DNA of 64,000 bases. Origin: an uncultured delta proteobacterium. GTDB taxonomy: Bacteria; Myxococcota; B64-G9. Under the pieces are notes generated by a model that saw nothing but the letters and a program-made list of their open reading frames with translations, ran no database searches and was not told where the DNA came from. Below, one piece after another: positions 50,509 to 60,083 of this stretch. Location: positions 736,001 through 800,000 of the forward strand of contig CAVWHX010000004.1 in the NCBI GenBank assembly GCA_963754925.1. The letters run 5' to 3'. Made by a program: the position numbers and the translations under genes. The stretch's first letter is position 1. Each line of letters begins with the position of its first letter.

Positions 50509-51570
50509 ATGACAAAAAAAAGGCCTTTTATTATATTTACGTTATGCGCTTGCGTACTAGCGTATTCAATATGCTCATGTGGGCTAACCGATACTATCAA
50601 AGCTAGACAGCTTGCTCGAGAGGGAAATGCCCTCTACAACGCATCAGACTATCATGGAGCAATCGAGAAATATATTGAAGCCAGAAAGCTTGATCCCGAT
50701 ACCCCAAACCTTTTTCTCAACTTAGGGTACTCCTATTTTAGCATTTACGCGCCGGAAGCCGCCGATGTACAGGACAGACAAGCGGCTCATGAAGCAATCG
50801 CCGCCTTTGAAGAGCACCTGAGACGGTTCCCCAACGATGAAAACGCCCGATCATTCAAGATAAAGACCTTACTAAAAGCAGCACCGTACGATGTCAAATT
50901 CGCCAATCAGGCGAAGGATCTATTTATCGAGATGCTCCGCGAGAATCCTTCGGACCACGAAGCTCGCCAATCGTTAATCAATCTTTTTATCGACTGCAAA
51001 CGTTACGATGATGCGTTAGATTTTTATAAACCTGTGCTGCAGACAACATCTGATACCATCGAGGCAATGAAGATCTTGGCAATCATCGCTGATAAAAGCA
51101 ACTACCTGCAAGAAGCTGTCGATTGGTATTGGCGGCGGGCGATGGTAACTCAAGAGCCAGAAAAAAAAGCCCTTTTTTTCTATGAAGTCAGCACCTATAT
51201 TTGGAACCTGCTGCAGTACCAACCTGATCGTGTTGGTGGTATGGTCGCCATACGATTAGTTGACCAAGGAATAGAAGCCGCCAAACGAGCGACAAAACTT
51301 AAAGATAACTATGCGGAGGCAATGGTTTACGGTAACTTGCTGTATCTCAAACGGGCTCAGTTCGAACCTGATGAGCTCAGCACGTCATGGGATTTGGAAG
51401 CGGCTTACGACTTACGCAGCGAAGCCGGCAAAATTATCAGCGAACGGAGGAAGGAAGACCCCCAACCTGATCAAGCAAACGGACACGGCGACAGTTCTAA
51501 CAACGGCGAAACCGAGACGGATCAATCGATACCGCATAACCACGAAGGGCAAACACAGGACGCGCGCTAG
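50509..51570 (+). CDS. TPR-containing exported/lipoprotein
   Basis: Signal with ICSCG; AREGNALY...DY..AIEKY TPR pattern; first gene of the tonB cluster. Confidence 0.8.
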   Translation: MTKKRPFIIFTLCACVLAYSICSCGLTDTIKARQLAREGNALYNASDYHGAIEKYIEARKLDPDTPNLFLNLGYSYFSIYAPEAADVQDRQAAHEAIAAFEEHLRRFPNDENARSFKIKTLLKAAPYDVKFANQAKDLFIEMLRENPSDHEARQSLINLFIDCKRYDDALDFYKPVLQTTSDTIEAMKILAIIADKSNYLQEAVDWYWRRAMVTQEPEKKALFFYEVSTYIWNLLQYQPDRVGGMVAIRLVDQGIEAAKRATKLKDNYAEAMVYGNLLYLKRAQFEPDELSTSWDLEAAYDLRSEAGKIISERRKEDPQPDQANGHGDSSNNGETETDQSIPHNHEGQTQDAR

Positions 51571-51603
51571 CCAAAGGCTGGGTGATGGTTACCCAAAAAA
51601 ATC

Positions 51604-52332
51604 ATGCTCGAGAATTTCACTAAAAAGCAAACTGGCCGTGGGTTGTTGCTATGGAAAATCCTAGGGTTCTCGCTTATCGTGCATGGAATATTCATTACCG
51701 CGATTATCTTATTCGATAGTCTGCGGGTGGATGCGGTGCCGCAACCGCCTTTGGCGATCACCTTTGTAGATTATGCATCACTGCCCCCTCCCCCACCCCC
51801 GCCCCCTCCACCTAAAAAAAGATCGGCACCGAAACCAGAGCAAAAGGTGCAACAAATCAAGCCGCAGACCAAAACCGCAGAGCTCGTGGCGCCAAAGAGT
51901 ATCCCTCAAGAAAAGCCCCGAGAGCAGCAAGAACCAGAACCCTCTCCCGACAACGGCGTTGAGGATGGCGAGGAAGGGGGCGTTCCGGGCGGCGTGGTTG
52001 GGGGGATCATCGGAGGATCGATACAAGCGCCGCCGCCGCCTCCGCAGCCGACCTACCAAACACCGGATATTATCAAGAAACGTCGGATCGCAGGCAGAGA
52101 ACCAGAGTACCCCCGCATCGCGCGCGTAGCGGGACTCGAAGGCCTCATCGTGGTCAAGATCTATATCACTGCTGAAGGAGCGGTCGGTGAGATCCAATTT
52201 ATAAAATCCGATCCCAACTTCGATCAGGCGGTGCAGGATGCCATAAAAACATGGAAGTTTACCCCGCATGTCATCAACGGTACACCGGTGGGAACCTATA
52301 CGGTGTACCGATTTAGGTTCAACCTAGAATAG
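51604..52332 (+). CDS. tonB: Energy transducer TonB
   Basis: SLIVH TM, poly-Pro linker, GGVPGGVVGG, PEYPRIAR..G.EG.IVV, WKFTP. Confidence 0.88.
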   Translation: MLENFTKKQTGRGLLLWKILGFSLIVHGIFITAIILFDSLRVDAVPQPPLAITFVDYASLPPPPPPPPPPKKRSAPKPEQKVQQIKPQTKTAELVAPKSIPQEKPREQQEPEPSPDNGVEDGEEGGVPGGVVGGIIGGSIQAPPPPPQPTYQTPDIIKKRRIAGREPEYPRIARVAGLEGLIVVKIYITAEGAVGEIQFIKSDPNFDQAVQDAIKTWKFTPHVINGTPVGTYTVYRFRFNLE

Positions 52333-52400
52333 GGCTTTTGACCCAATCCGAAAAACGTCGCAGCGGAGAGCGGCTGAGGTTGGAAATCCAGGAGGAATAT

Positions 52401-53099
52401 ATGGACTTCACCATAATGCAGATGTGGTCAAGCATGGGCGTGATCGCCAAAACGGTTGTTGCTATCCTGTTTCTGATGTCAGTGTTTGTTGTGTGGGTGT
52501 CAACCGAACGCTGGTATGTATTCATGAAGGCAAAGAAACATTCGTGTGATTACGCGGTTCGGATTCAGGACCTATTAAAACAACAAAGATATAAGGACGC
52601 AGTGGCTGAGGCCGCGAATTTTAAGTATAGCCACATCGCCAAGGTCATCAGCTCCGGACTAACTGAGTATATTAAAGCATCGCTGCTCAATGCCCACAAC
52701 GCTGATGGCTACGATGTTCTCGGCGCCGCCAATCGGGCAATCGAGAAATCGGGCGCACGAGAATTGGCGAATCTTCGGCGTGGATTGGCCGGACTTGCGA
52801 CCGTCGGGTCCACTGCTCCCTTCGTCGGGTTGTTCGGCACGGTCTTTGGGATAATAAATTCTTTCCAGGGGATGGCCAAGAATGAATCCGGCGGCATCGG
52901 CGCCGTTTCAGCGGGTATTGCTGAGGCGTTAGTAACCACTGCTGTGGGTATCGGCGTGGCCATTGTTGCGGTGCTTCTGTACAATTATTTCACGAGTAAA
53001 ATAGAAGCGCTCCAAGTCGACATTAATGAAATTTCGTTGGAAATAATCGACCTGCTGGTCAAGCAAAACGCAGAGAAGACTGACTCTCCTCAGCATTGA
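52401..53099 (+). CDS. MotA/TolQ/ExbB proton channel protein
   Basis: SD GGAGGA; LATVGSTAPFVGLFGTVFGIINSF, GIAEALVTTAVG. Confidence 0.94.
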   Translation: MDFTIMQMWSSMGVIAKTVVAILFLMSVFVVWVSTERWYVFMKAKKHSCDYAVRIQDLLKQQRYKDAVAEAANFKYSHIAKVISSGLTEYIKASLLNAHNADGYDVLGAANRAIEKSGARELANLRRGLAGLATVGSTAPFVGLFGTVFGIINSFQGMAKNESGGIGAVSAGIAEALVTTAVGIGVAIVAVLLYNYFTSKIEALQVDINEISLEIIDLLVKQNAEKTDSPQH

Positions 53100-53117
53100 G
53101 CAAACGAGGGTTACGAT

Positions 53118-53567
53118 ATGTCAATATCGGGTAATGGCGGCGGATTGCGATCGGAAATCAATGTCACCCCGTTGGTAGATGTGATGCTGGTCCTGTTGAT
53201 CATCTTCATGGTGGTCACCCCCATGCTTCAACGGGGCAAAGATGTCCAACTTCCGCAGGTCATAAACCCGGAGAAACAACCTGACAACGGCCAAGACCTG
53301 ATCGTCTCGGTGGAGTATCTTCGACGTACTGCCGCAGGATTTGATTTTAGTATTTACCTTGGCGGTGATCCAACTCCCATCAGCCCAGCAACCCTGAGCA
53401 TTCGTTTACAGGATGAGCTTCGGAAAGACGCCTCCAAAGAGGTATACCTCAAAGGCGACCGGCGACTGAACTACGGCGTGGTCCGTAAGGTGATGGAAAT
53501 CTGCCACGAGGCAGGATTTACGCGTGTGAAACTCGCGACCGAAGAGAACAGGTCGAAAGAGGGCTAG
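53118..53567 (+). CDS. ExbD/TolR family protein
   Basis: EINVTPLVDVMLVLLIIFMV; LKGD..L.YG.V. Confidence 0.94.
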   Translation: MSISGNGGGLRSEINVTPLVDVMLVLLIIFMVVTPMLQRGKDVQLPQVINPEKQPDNGQDLIVSVEYLRRTAAGFDFSIYLGGDPTPISPATLSIRLQDELRKDASKEVYLKGDRRLNYGVVRKVMEICHEAGFTRVKLATEENRSKEG

Positions 53568-53570
53568 CTC

Positions 53571-54029
53571 ATGGCAATGCAGTCCGGTAAACACGGCGTA
53601 CAAGCCGACATGAACGTCACGCCGCTCATCGACATCCTTTTGGTGCTGTTGATCATATTTATGGTGATCACCCCGCTGATGCTTCTGCAGCACAGCGTTG
53701 ATATCCCCAAAAAGGCCGAGGTGGATTTACCGCCGGACATAACTACCGACCAAGTGGTGCTTACCTATACTAAGGATAACACCATTTTTCTCAACCAAAA
53801 CCGCGTTGAGCGCCCCGTGTTGACCGCCCGGCTTAAAGAAATTTATCAGAACCGACGCGATAAAACCATTTTCCTCAACATCGACCCGGATGCCAACTAC
53901 GGCGAGGCAGTCAAGCTTATTGACAGCGTACGTGCGAGCGGTGTCGATAAGTTGGCGGTTATCACGCTCAAGGAAGGCGAGAAGTTTCAGATACCCGGCA
54001 TTGATACCTTCGTGCCTGCTTCACCCTAG
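53571..54029 (+). CDS. ExbD/TolR family protein
   Basis: DMNVTPLIDILLVLLIIFMV; D..ANYG. Confidence 0.94.
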   Translation: MAMQSGKHGVQADMNVTPLIDILLVLLIIFMVITPLMLLQHSVDIPKKAEVDLPPDITTDQVVLTYTKDNTIFLNQNRVERPVLTARLKEIYQNRRDKTIFLNIDPDANYGEAVKLIDSVRASGVDKLAVITLKEGEKFQIPGIDTFVPASP

Positions 54030-54039
54030 AGTTTTTAAC

Positions 54040-54546
54040 TCACGGCAACTTGGGGTGAGCGGTATCTGACGCTGCCGGCGCTTTACCCACTGCTGGTAGG
54101 GCTGTTGGCTCTTTTGGTTGCGCACTTGGCTTAGAGTCTGGTGCGTTTGCGGCATGAGAAGCTTCGGGGATGGTTGCCGGCTGTTCGGCCGGCGTAGCGC
54201 TGGCTTCCGCCGCCGCAGAACCCGCATCAGATGCTTTACCGGCCGTCGATTCTTTTTGCGGCTCGGGAGCGATCCCCGATTCCTTGTCTGCAGGAGTCTC
54301 TTCCGTGAGAGCCGAACGCCCGCTTACCGAGAAAGAAGCCAACGCGATTGAGAGCGACATAAACAACACCGCCATAACTGCCGTTATCTTCTGGAGCGGC
54401 GTGGACTTTCCTCGAGAGCCAAAAAGGGTTTGAGCTGAACCGCCAAAGGCCGCGCCCATGCCCGAGCCTTTACCGGTCTGCAGCAACACCACCAGTATTA
54501 AAAAAATCGACACAAAAACATGCATAATAACTAACAACGTGTACAT
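54040..54546 (-). CDS. secG: Preprotein translocase subunit SecG with Ala/Pro-rich tail
   Basis: LILVVLLQTGKGSGMGAAFGG...LFGSRG..L.KIT; follows tpiA; SD GGGAG before ATG 54546. Confidence 0.94.
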   Translation of the reverse strand: MYTLLVIMHVFVSIFLILVVLLQTGKGSGMGAAFGGSAQTLFGSRGKSTPLQKITAVMAVLFMSLSIALASFSVSGRSALTEETPADKESGIAPEPQKESTAGKASDAGSAAAEASATPAEQPATIPEASHAANAPDSKPSAQPKEPTALPAVGKAPAASDTAHPKLP

Positions 54547-54565
54547 CGTTTTCACTCCCTCTGGT

Positions 54566-55321
54566 TTAGCCGCGGTACTTGACGATCCCGATAAAACTTG
54601 TGGCCTCAAGACTTGCGCCGCCTACCAAAGCGCCATCAATGTCAGGTTTGTCCATCAACTCTTTTATGTTGGAAGGCTTGACGCTGCCGCCATACTGAAT
54701 CCGAACCGTGTCTGCTACCGCTGATCCGTACAGATCCCTCAGAACGGTACGGAGGTGGCCATGCACCTCCTGGGCCTGGTCGGGAGTGGCGTTTTTCCCG
54801 GTGCCAATGGCCCAGACCGGTTCATAGGCGACCGTAACGTATTCCCTGTGGCCAGCCGACAAGCCTTTCAGGGCACCTCTGAGTTGGGTCTCCACGATGA
54901 CCATGGTTTTTCCAGCCTCGCGCTCGGAAAGGGTCTCGCCAATACAAGCGATCACCTGTAACCCGGCCCGCAACGCAGCATGGATCTTTTTATTGACGGT
55001 TTCATCCGTCTCGCCGAAATACCGTCGACGCTCGGAATGGCCGATGATCACGTGACTGCAACCGAGGTCGCGAATCAACTCCGGCGAGACCTCACCCGTA
55101 AAAGCTCCGGCCGCTTCCCAATGGCAATTTTGTGCCGCTACCTTAATTCGGCTCGCGTGCAGCTCTGATAACACCGCCGCAAGCGCGGTCAGGGGCGGTG
55201 CAACCAATACCTCGACGTCTTTGACAGCACCGATTTCTTTGTCCAAGACGCACACCAATTCACGCGCCTTGCCGACGGTCAAGTTCATCTTCCAGTTGCC
55301 AGCAATGAAAGGTGTTCTCAT
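54566..55321 (-). CDS. tpiA: Triosephosphate isomerase
   Basis: AGNWKMN, GHSERR, AYEPVWAIGTG, YGGSVK, LVGGASL. Confidence 0.99.
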   Translation of the reverse strand: MRTPFIAGNWKMNLTVGKARELVCVLDKEIGAVKDVEVLVAPPLTALAAVLSELHASRIKVAAQNCHWEAAGAFTGEVSPELIRDLGCSHVIIGHSERRRYFGETDETVNKKIHAALRAGLQVIACIGETLSEREAGKTMVIVETQLRGALKGLSAGHREYVTVAYEPVWAIGTGKNATPDQAQEVHGHLRTVLRDLYGSAVADTVRIQYGGSVKPSNIKELMDKPDIDGALVGGASLEATSFIGIVKYRG

Positions 55322-56499
55322 GCTTGCGATTCCAGGACCGCTATTCCGGGCAGGACCTTGCCCTCGACAAATTCGAGGCTCGCGCCGCCACCGGTTGAAA
55401 TATGGCTTACCTTGTTTGCCAAGCCGCTTTCTTGCAAGGCTGACACCGAATCGCCGCCGCCAACCACCGTCACCGCGCCGGAAGCGGCCAGCGCCTGAGC
55501 GATACCCATGGTGCCCGCGGCGAAGGCCGGCTTTTCAAACATGCCCATCGGACCATTCCAAAAGATGGTTTTGGCGCGTTTGATTTCGCTGACGAAGCTC
55601 TGCAGGGTAGCCGGACCGATATCGAGCCCCATTTTACCGGCGGGAATAGCTCCGGTGACCACGGTGCTTTCAGGTGAATCGGGGTTATCGGCCACCACAT
55701 GATCCTGGGGGAGTAAGAGCTTCACCCTGCGCTCCTTGGCCGTCTGCAAGATTTCTTTGGCCAACTTGATCTTGTCGGCCTCCACCAGCGACGTTCCCAC
55801 CTCGACATTCTGGGCCTTAAGGAACGTGAAAGCCATAGCGCCGCCGATAATGACGGCATCGGACTTGGTAAGAAGATTCGAAATAACCCCGATCTTATCT
55901 GACACCTTCGCCCCGCCGAGCACCGCTACAAACGGACGGGCCGGCTTACCCAGCAACTCGCCAAGAAACTTCAGCTCCTTACGAATCAAATAACCGATGC
56001 CCTTGTCCTTGAAATGTTTGACCATGCCGACGGTTGAGGCATGGGCTCGATGAGCGGTGCCAAAGGCGTCGGTCACATACACGTCGGCCAACTGCGCAAG
56101 CTTTTCAGAAAAGCCGGGATCGTTTGCCTCTTCCTCCTTGTGAAAACGGAGGTTCTCGAGCATCAGAACCTGCCCGTCGCGCATATCTGAAACGAGCTTT
56201 CGTACTCCATCACCGATGCAGTCGTCCGCGGCGATCACTTCGAGCTCAAGTAACTCGGCCAAGCGCGCCCCGACCGGCTCAAGCCGAAGATCCTCAACCA
56301 CCTTTCCCTTCGGTCGACCGAGGTGGGAAGCTAAAATTACCCGAGCGTTGCGTGAGACGGCGTGCTTGATGGTCGGCAGCGCCTCCCGAATGCGGGTATC
56401 ATCGGTGATCGTGTCGCCATCGAGCGGCACGTTGAAGTCCACCCGTATGAAGGTGCGTTTGCCGGTGATCGGGAGATCTTCAATGAATCTGATCGCCAT
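55318..56499 (-). CDS. pgk: Phosphoglycerate kinase
   Basis: RVDFNVP, SHLGRP, LENLRF, GGAKVSDK, WNGPMG, STGGGASLE. Confidence 0.99.
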   Translation of the reverse strand: MAIRFIEDLPITGKRTFIRVDFNVPLDGDTITDDTRIREALPTIKHAVSRNARVILASHLGRPKGKVVEDLRLEPVGARLAELLELEVIAADDCIGDGVRKLVSDMRDGQVLMLENLRFHKEEEANDPGFSEKLAQLADVYVTDAFGTAHRAHASTVGMVKHFKDKGIGYLIRKELKFLGELLGKPARPFVAVLGGAKVSDKIGVISNLLTKSDAVIIGGAMAFTFLKAQNVEVGTSLVEADKIKLAKEILQTAKERRVKLLLPQDHVVADNPDSPESTVVTGAIPAGKMGLDIGPATLQSFVSEIKRAKTIFWNGPMGMFEKPAFAAGTMGIAQALAASGAVTVVGGGDSVSALQESGLANKVSHISTGGGASLEFVEGKVLPGIAVLESQA

Positions 56500-56505
56500 G
56501 GCTGT

Positions 56506-57516
56506 CTATCCTACAACGTGTTTGACCATATCGAGCATGCGGCTTGAAAAACCCCATTCGTTGTCGTACCAGGACAAGACTTTAACCATGTTGTCCTGCA
56601 TAACCATGGTCTGATCGGCATCGACGATCGACGAGCGCGGATCGCCGTTGAAGTCAATGCTCACCACCGGCTCCTCGGTATACCCCAGAATGCCCTTGAG
56701 CGCTCCTTCAGAGGCCTCTTTGAGAGACTTATTAACTTCCTCGCGAGTGGTTTTCTTCGAAACCATGGCCACCAGATCGACCAACGAAACATTCGGGGTC
56801 GGGACTCGAACGGCTAACCCGTTGAGTTTGCCTTTAAGCTCGGGCAGGACCTCGCCCACTGCTTTAGCCGCTCCGGTGGTGGTCGGAATCATCGAGAGCG
56901 TGGCGGCACGGGCCCGGCGCAAGTCCTTGTGCTCGAGATCCAATAACCGCTGATCATTCGTATACGAGTGGATGGTGGTCATGAGGCCATACTGGATTCC
57001 AAATTTTTCATGCAATACTTTTGCTACGGGGGCCAGGCAATTAGTGGTGCACGAGGCGTTTGAGAAGATGGTGTCTTTCTTGGCATCGAAGTTCTGATGG
57101 TTAACGCCAAAGACAAAGGGCCTGATGTCCTTGGATTTTGGCGGCGCCGAGAGAAGAACAAAACGCGCGCCGGCGGCTAAATGCTTTTCGTTTGATTCGC
57201 GATCGAGAAATTTGCCGGTGCACTCAAAAACCAGATCGACCCCTTTTTGTTTCCATGGCAACTGGGCGGGATCTTTGATCGCTGAGACGTCGATTCCCTT
57301 TCCATCAACGATAATGCTTTTATCGGTATGCTTGACCTCATGCTCGAATGTGCCATGCACGGAGTCGTATTTCAACAGGTGCGCAAGCGTCTTAGCCTCG
57401 GTAATATCGTTGATATGCACAATCTCGAAGGTCCCCTTTGGCTGATACTCGGCCACTAGTCTGGTGGCGCACCGACCAATACGCCCGAATCCGTTGATAG
57501 CAATCTTGATGGCCAT
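56506..57516 (-). CDS. gap: Glyceraldehyde-3-phosphate dehydrogenase
   Basis: INGFGRIGR, SNASCTTNCLAP, WYDNEWG. Confidence 0.99.
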   Translation of the reverse strand: MAIKIAINGFGRIGRCATRLVAEYQPKGTFEIVHINDITEAKTLAHLLKYDSVHGTFEHEVKHTDKSIIVDGKGIDVSAIKDPAQLPWKQKGVDLVFECTGKFLDRESNEKHLAAGARFVLLSAPPKSKDIRPFVFGVNHQNFDAKKDTIFSNASCTTNCLAPVAKVLHEKFGIQYGLMTTIHSYTNDQRLLDLEHKDLRRARAATLSMIPTTTGAAKAVGEVLPELKGKLNGLAVRVPTPNVSLVDLVAMVSKKTTREEVNKSLKEASEGALKGILGYTEEPVVSIDFNGDPRSSIVDADQTMVMQDNMVKVLSWYDNEWGFSSRMLDMVKHVVG

Positions 57517-57688
57517 GGCCCTGCCTCCTCGCTAAAACGGTTTAATTACAATCTCTTGTCCCTATGAAGGGCCAAAGCCTTCTACCCCAAGGCTTTAGGT
57601 ATGTCAAGGACATAGAGATTATCCCGCTATGGGCGTTTTGGAATTGATAGGCGCGATAATCGGATTTGCCGAGCGGATACCTACAGAT

Positions 57689-57907
57689 TTAGATCCTCCG
57701 AATAACTTCGAGAGGGGACCCGGCCAAAGATAAATAGGTGGGCTTTCGTCTCCGGGGCGAGAGTTTATCGGAGGTGTATTCTACCAATCCTTTAGAGAGC
57801 GCTAATATCTGGCTGTCGGAGTATCCGTTTTCTTTTAGCTGCGTAAACACACTGAGAATCATCGACGGCGAAACCGTATCCAATCGGCAAGGAGTTTCTT
57901 TTAACAT
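57689..57907 (-). CDS. Small hypothetical protein (72 aa)
   Basis: SD GAGGAG; SVFTQLKENGYSDSQILALS..LV amphipathic helices; preceded by a sigma54-type promoter. Confidence 0.6.
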   Translation of the reverse strand: MLKETPCRLDTVSPSMILSVFTQLKENGYSDSQILALSKGLVEYTSDKLSPRRRKPTYLSLAGSPLEVIRRI

Positions 57908-57946
57908 GTCTAATCTCCTCGGCTCGTTTCGGTTGAATCAAGTGGT

Positions 57947-58003
57947 AGCAATTCCTAAGCCATCTGGTAAAAAATATTATTAATAAAATAAATCAATTAG
58001 TTG
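57947..58003 (-). promoter_or_regulatory. sigma54 -24/-12 promoter and IHF site
   Basis: Minus strand TGGC-N7-TTGCT (57962-57947); AATCAATTAGTTG (57991-58003) matches WATCAANNNNTTR next to an AT-rich tract. Confidence 0.65.
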
Positions 58004-58082
58004 ACGTGAAGAATAGGACAAAATGAGTGCATAGCTTTTTACACAGTTCACACAGAAAGCGCGTATAATTTTTTTCACCACG

Positions 58083-59994
58083 TTGGTTCCGAACCTGACG
58101 ATGTCCGTAACGGTACCAATGATCCTAACCGCTGAAGGTTTGACAGTTTTTTTCAACCGGGATAACCTTATCGAGAGGTTTTTTGCACGAATGGATGAAA
58201 GTGTATCAAACCATATTATTACCTACTTCGATAAAGATGGGGTTAAGGGAGAGATTCGCTACGACGAGCTCCTTATTGAGATGGGTGAAGGCCGTTTGGT
58301 CCCCCTTTCCGTTTGCCTCCTTGAAGAACAAGAAAAGGTCAGCGAGTTTAAACGCAACGCCGATGCGCTGTCCAAATTGATACGCACGCTCAACCCAATT
58401 TATGATGAGATCGAGGCGAATCCGGCTGCGTATTACGCCCGAAAAAACGAACGAGCGCTTGAATTCAAAAACAAACTGCCCTTTGAAAAGCGTATCCAGC
58501 TGCATAATACCTATTATACCGTCAACAACACCCACGCCCGCATCTTGCGCGAGCTAACCACCTATATGCTCGCCGGAACCGAGGGCGACCACAGCGCCCA
58601 CTCAAATTCCCTGTTCCGATATGCCGTGAATTTCACCTGCCAAATGATGCGGCATGTACGGCGTAAATCGAAACGAGCCGCCGCCATGCATTCGATTGAG
58701 GCTGCGCGTGGGGCGGCTAAAAACGGCTTGAGCGACGAGACCATTATTGGCACCTTGCTCCATGACGTCATCGAAGAAAAACATGACACCTGGACCGAGG
58801 AGCTCATCAACCGCGAGCTCCAGGACCCGGGATATGGTGAGTGCTGCGGCAAGCACATGAAGGACGTGCCGGTTGCGTTGCGTCACCAAATCATCCATCG
58901 GTACCTAGACGCCTACAACGATCGCGCAGCGGGAATTTTCTTTCATACCGCGCTCACCCTCTACGATCATATCCGCCACTTTCCGATCCCGTCGCGGTAC
59001 TTTGAAACGCTCTATTCGATCATGGAGATTATTGCGGAAACTGTCGCGGACCCGTGATACTTCGTATTATTCGTATCTGCAAAACCTCCTGTACCCAAAA
59101 CCCGACGACGAACTCGACACCATCACCCGCTTCCGGCTGCAGGAGGAGATCGAAACCGATTTTCCAAATGCGGGACCGCTCCTCGACAGCTATCTGAACA
59201 GCGTTCACAACTTTTACCAGAGTTCGCTGGGTGAGCTCTCGTCCAAGGACGAAGCCCGCCGCAATTCCTTCCGTGAAATCTTGGCCAAGATCCTCGACCG
59301 CATGAACAACACCCGCGATGCTGAACGCGAGAAAGGTTTTTCTGTCCCCAAGCGGTTGTATGGCACCGGCTTTAAAAACATCTATATGCTCCAGGCGCTG
59401 GAGGACAAGTTTCGCCGGCCAAGTTTCAACACCGAGGAGCGCCGACTCATCGAGGTAAAGTTCATCAACAAACCCAAAGTGGCGGCACTCTACCAGATCC
59501 TCGAGGATATCGATTTTTTAGGGCACGAGTTCTTGGGCAGCGAACTCATCAAGTTTCTGGACGCTGAGCTCGATCGCTACAAAGCAACGCGGGCTTTCCG
59601 CCGGCTGACGCCACCCGGCTCTGGCGGGTATTTTGACGGACTCATCCACATTTTCAACGAGGTCACCCTTGGACGCAAAACCAATTTAGATATTCTTGAA
59701 CAACACCGCGACAAGCAGGCCGAGGTCCTGGTGGCTTTCAAGGCGATGCTTGAATCTTTTCTGGTCTATCCGGCCCTGATGCGTGAAGAGGTTATCAGAC
59801 GGGCAATTCGTAACCCGGTTGATTCTTCGTTTCGACCCTACCGAATCGAAGGAATGGGGCCCGGACTCGAATACCGCTCGAACATCCGCAAGGAAAATGC
59901 CGTTGACTTGCTCAATATTAACGACGATCCGACGCCGCGTGATTTAGAGACTGTAAGCTCACTTCGTGAGCTAACAGTCTCTTATCCCCGTTAG
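58083..59994 (+). pseudogene. Large RelA/SpoT-type HD-domain protein split by a single-base frameshift near 59035 (pseudogene or sequencing indel)
   Basis: MHSIEAA, TLLHDVIEE in ORF 58083-59057; KLSR, AKILDRMNNTRD in ORF 59002-59994; removing one G from ATTGCGGAAA joins them. Confidence 0.7.
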
Positions 59995-60072
59995 GGGATT
60001 AGAATTCGTTCCAAAGTAAGGTGAGCTTACAGTCTCTTATCCCCGTTAGGGGATTAGAATTCGTTCCAAAGT
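59946..60072. repeat. Palindromic element plus 52-bp direct repeat (2 copies)
   Basis: Hairpin AGAGACTGT...ACAGTCTCT (59946-59982); copies 59966-60017 and 60021-60072 differ at one base and each holds an ATCCCC-GTTA-GGGGAT hairpin. Confidence 0.85.
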
Positions 60073-60083
60073 GTAGAAGTCGT

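Noticed and set aside
50509..54029. AglRQS-type gliding motor
   Set aside because: Both small subunits have the canonical ExbD/TolR N.TPL.D..LVLLIIFM motif and a typical TonB is present; nothing specific for Agl
58010..58035. sigma54 promoter for the HD gene (AGGACAAAATGAGTGC)
   Set aside because: GG-to-GC spacing is 11 rather than 10 and the match to consensus is poor
59946..60072. Possible mini-CRISPR array
   Set aside because: Only two 52-bp copies separated by 3 bp, with no spacers and no cas genes; fits a palindromic repeat duplication
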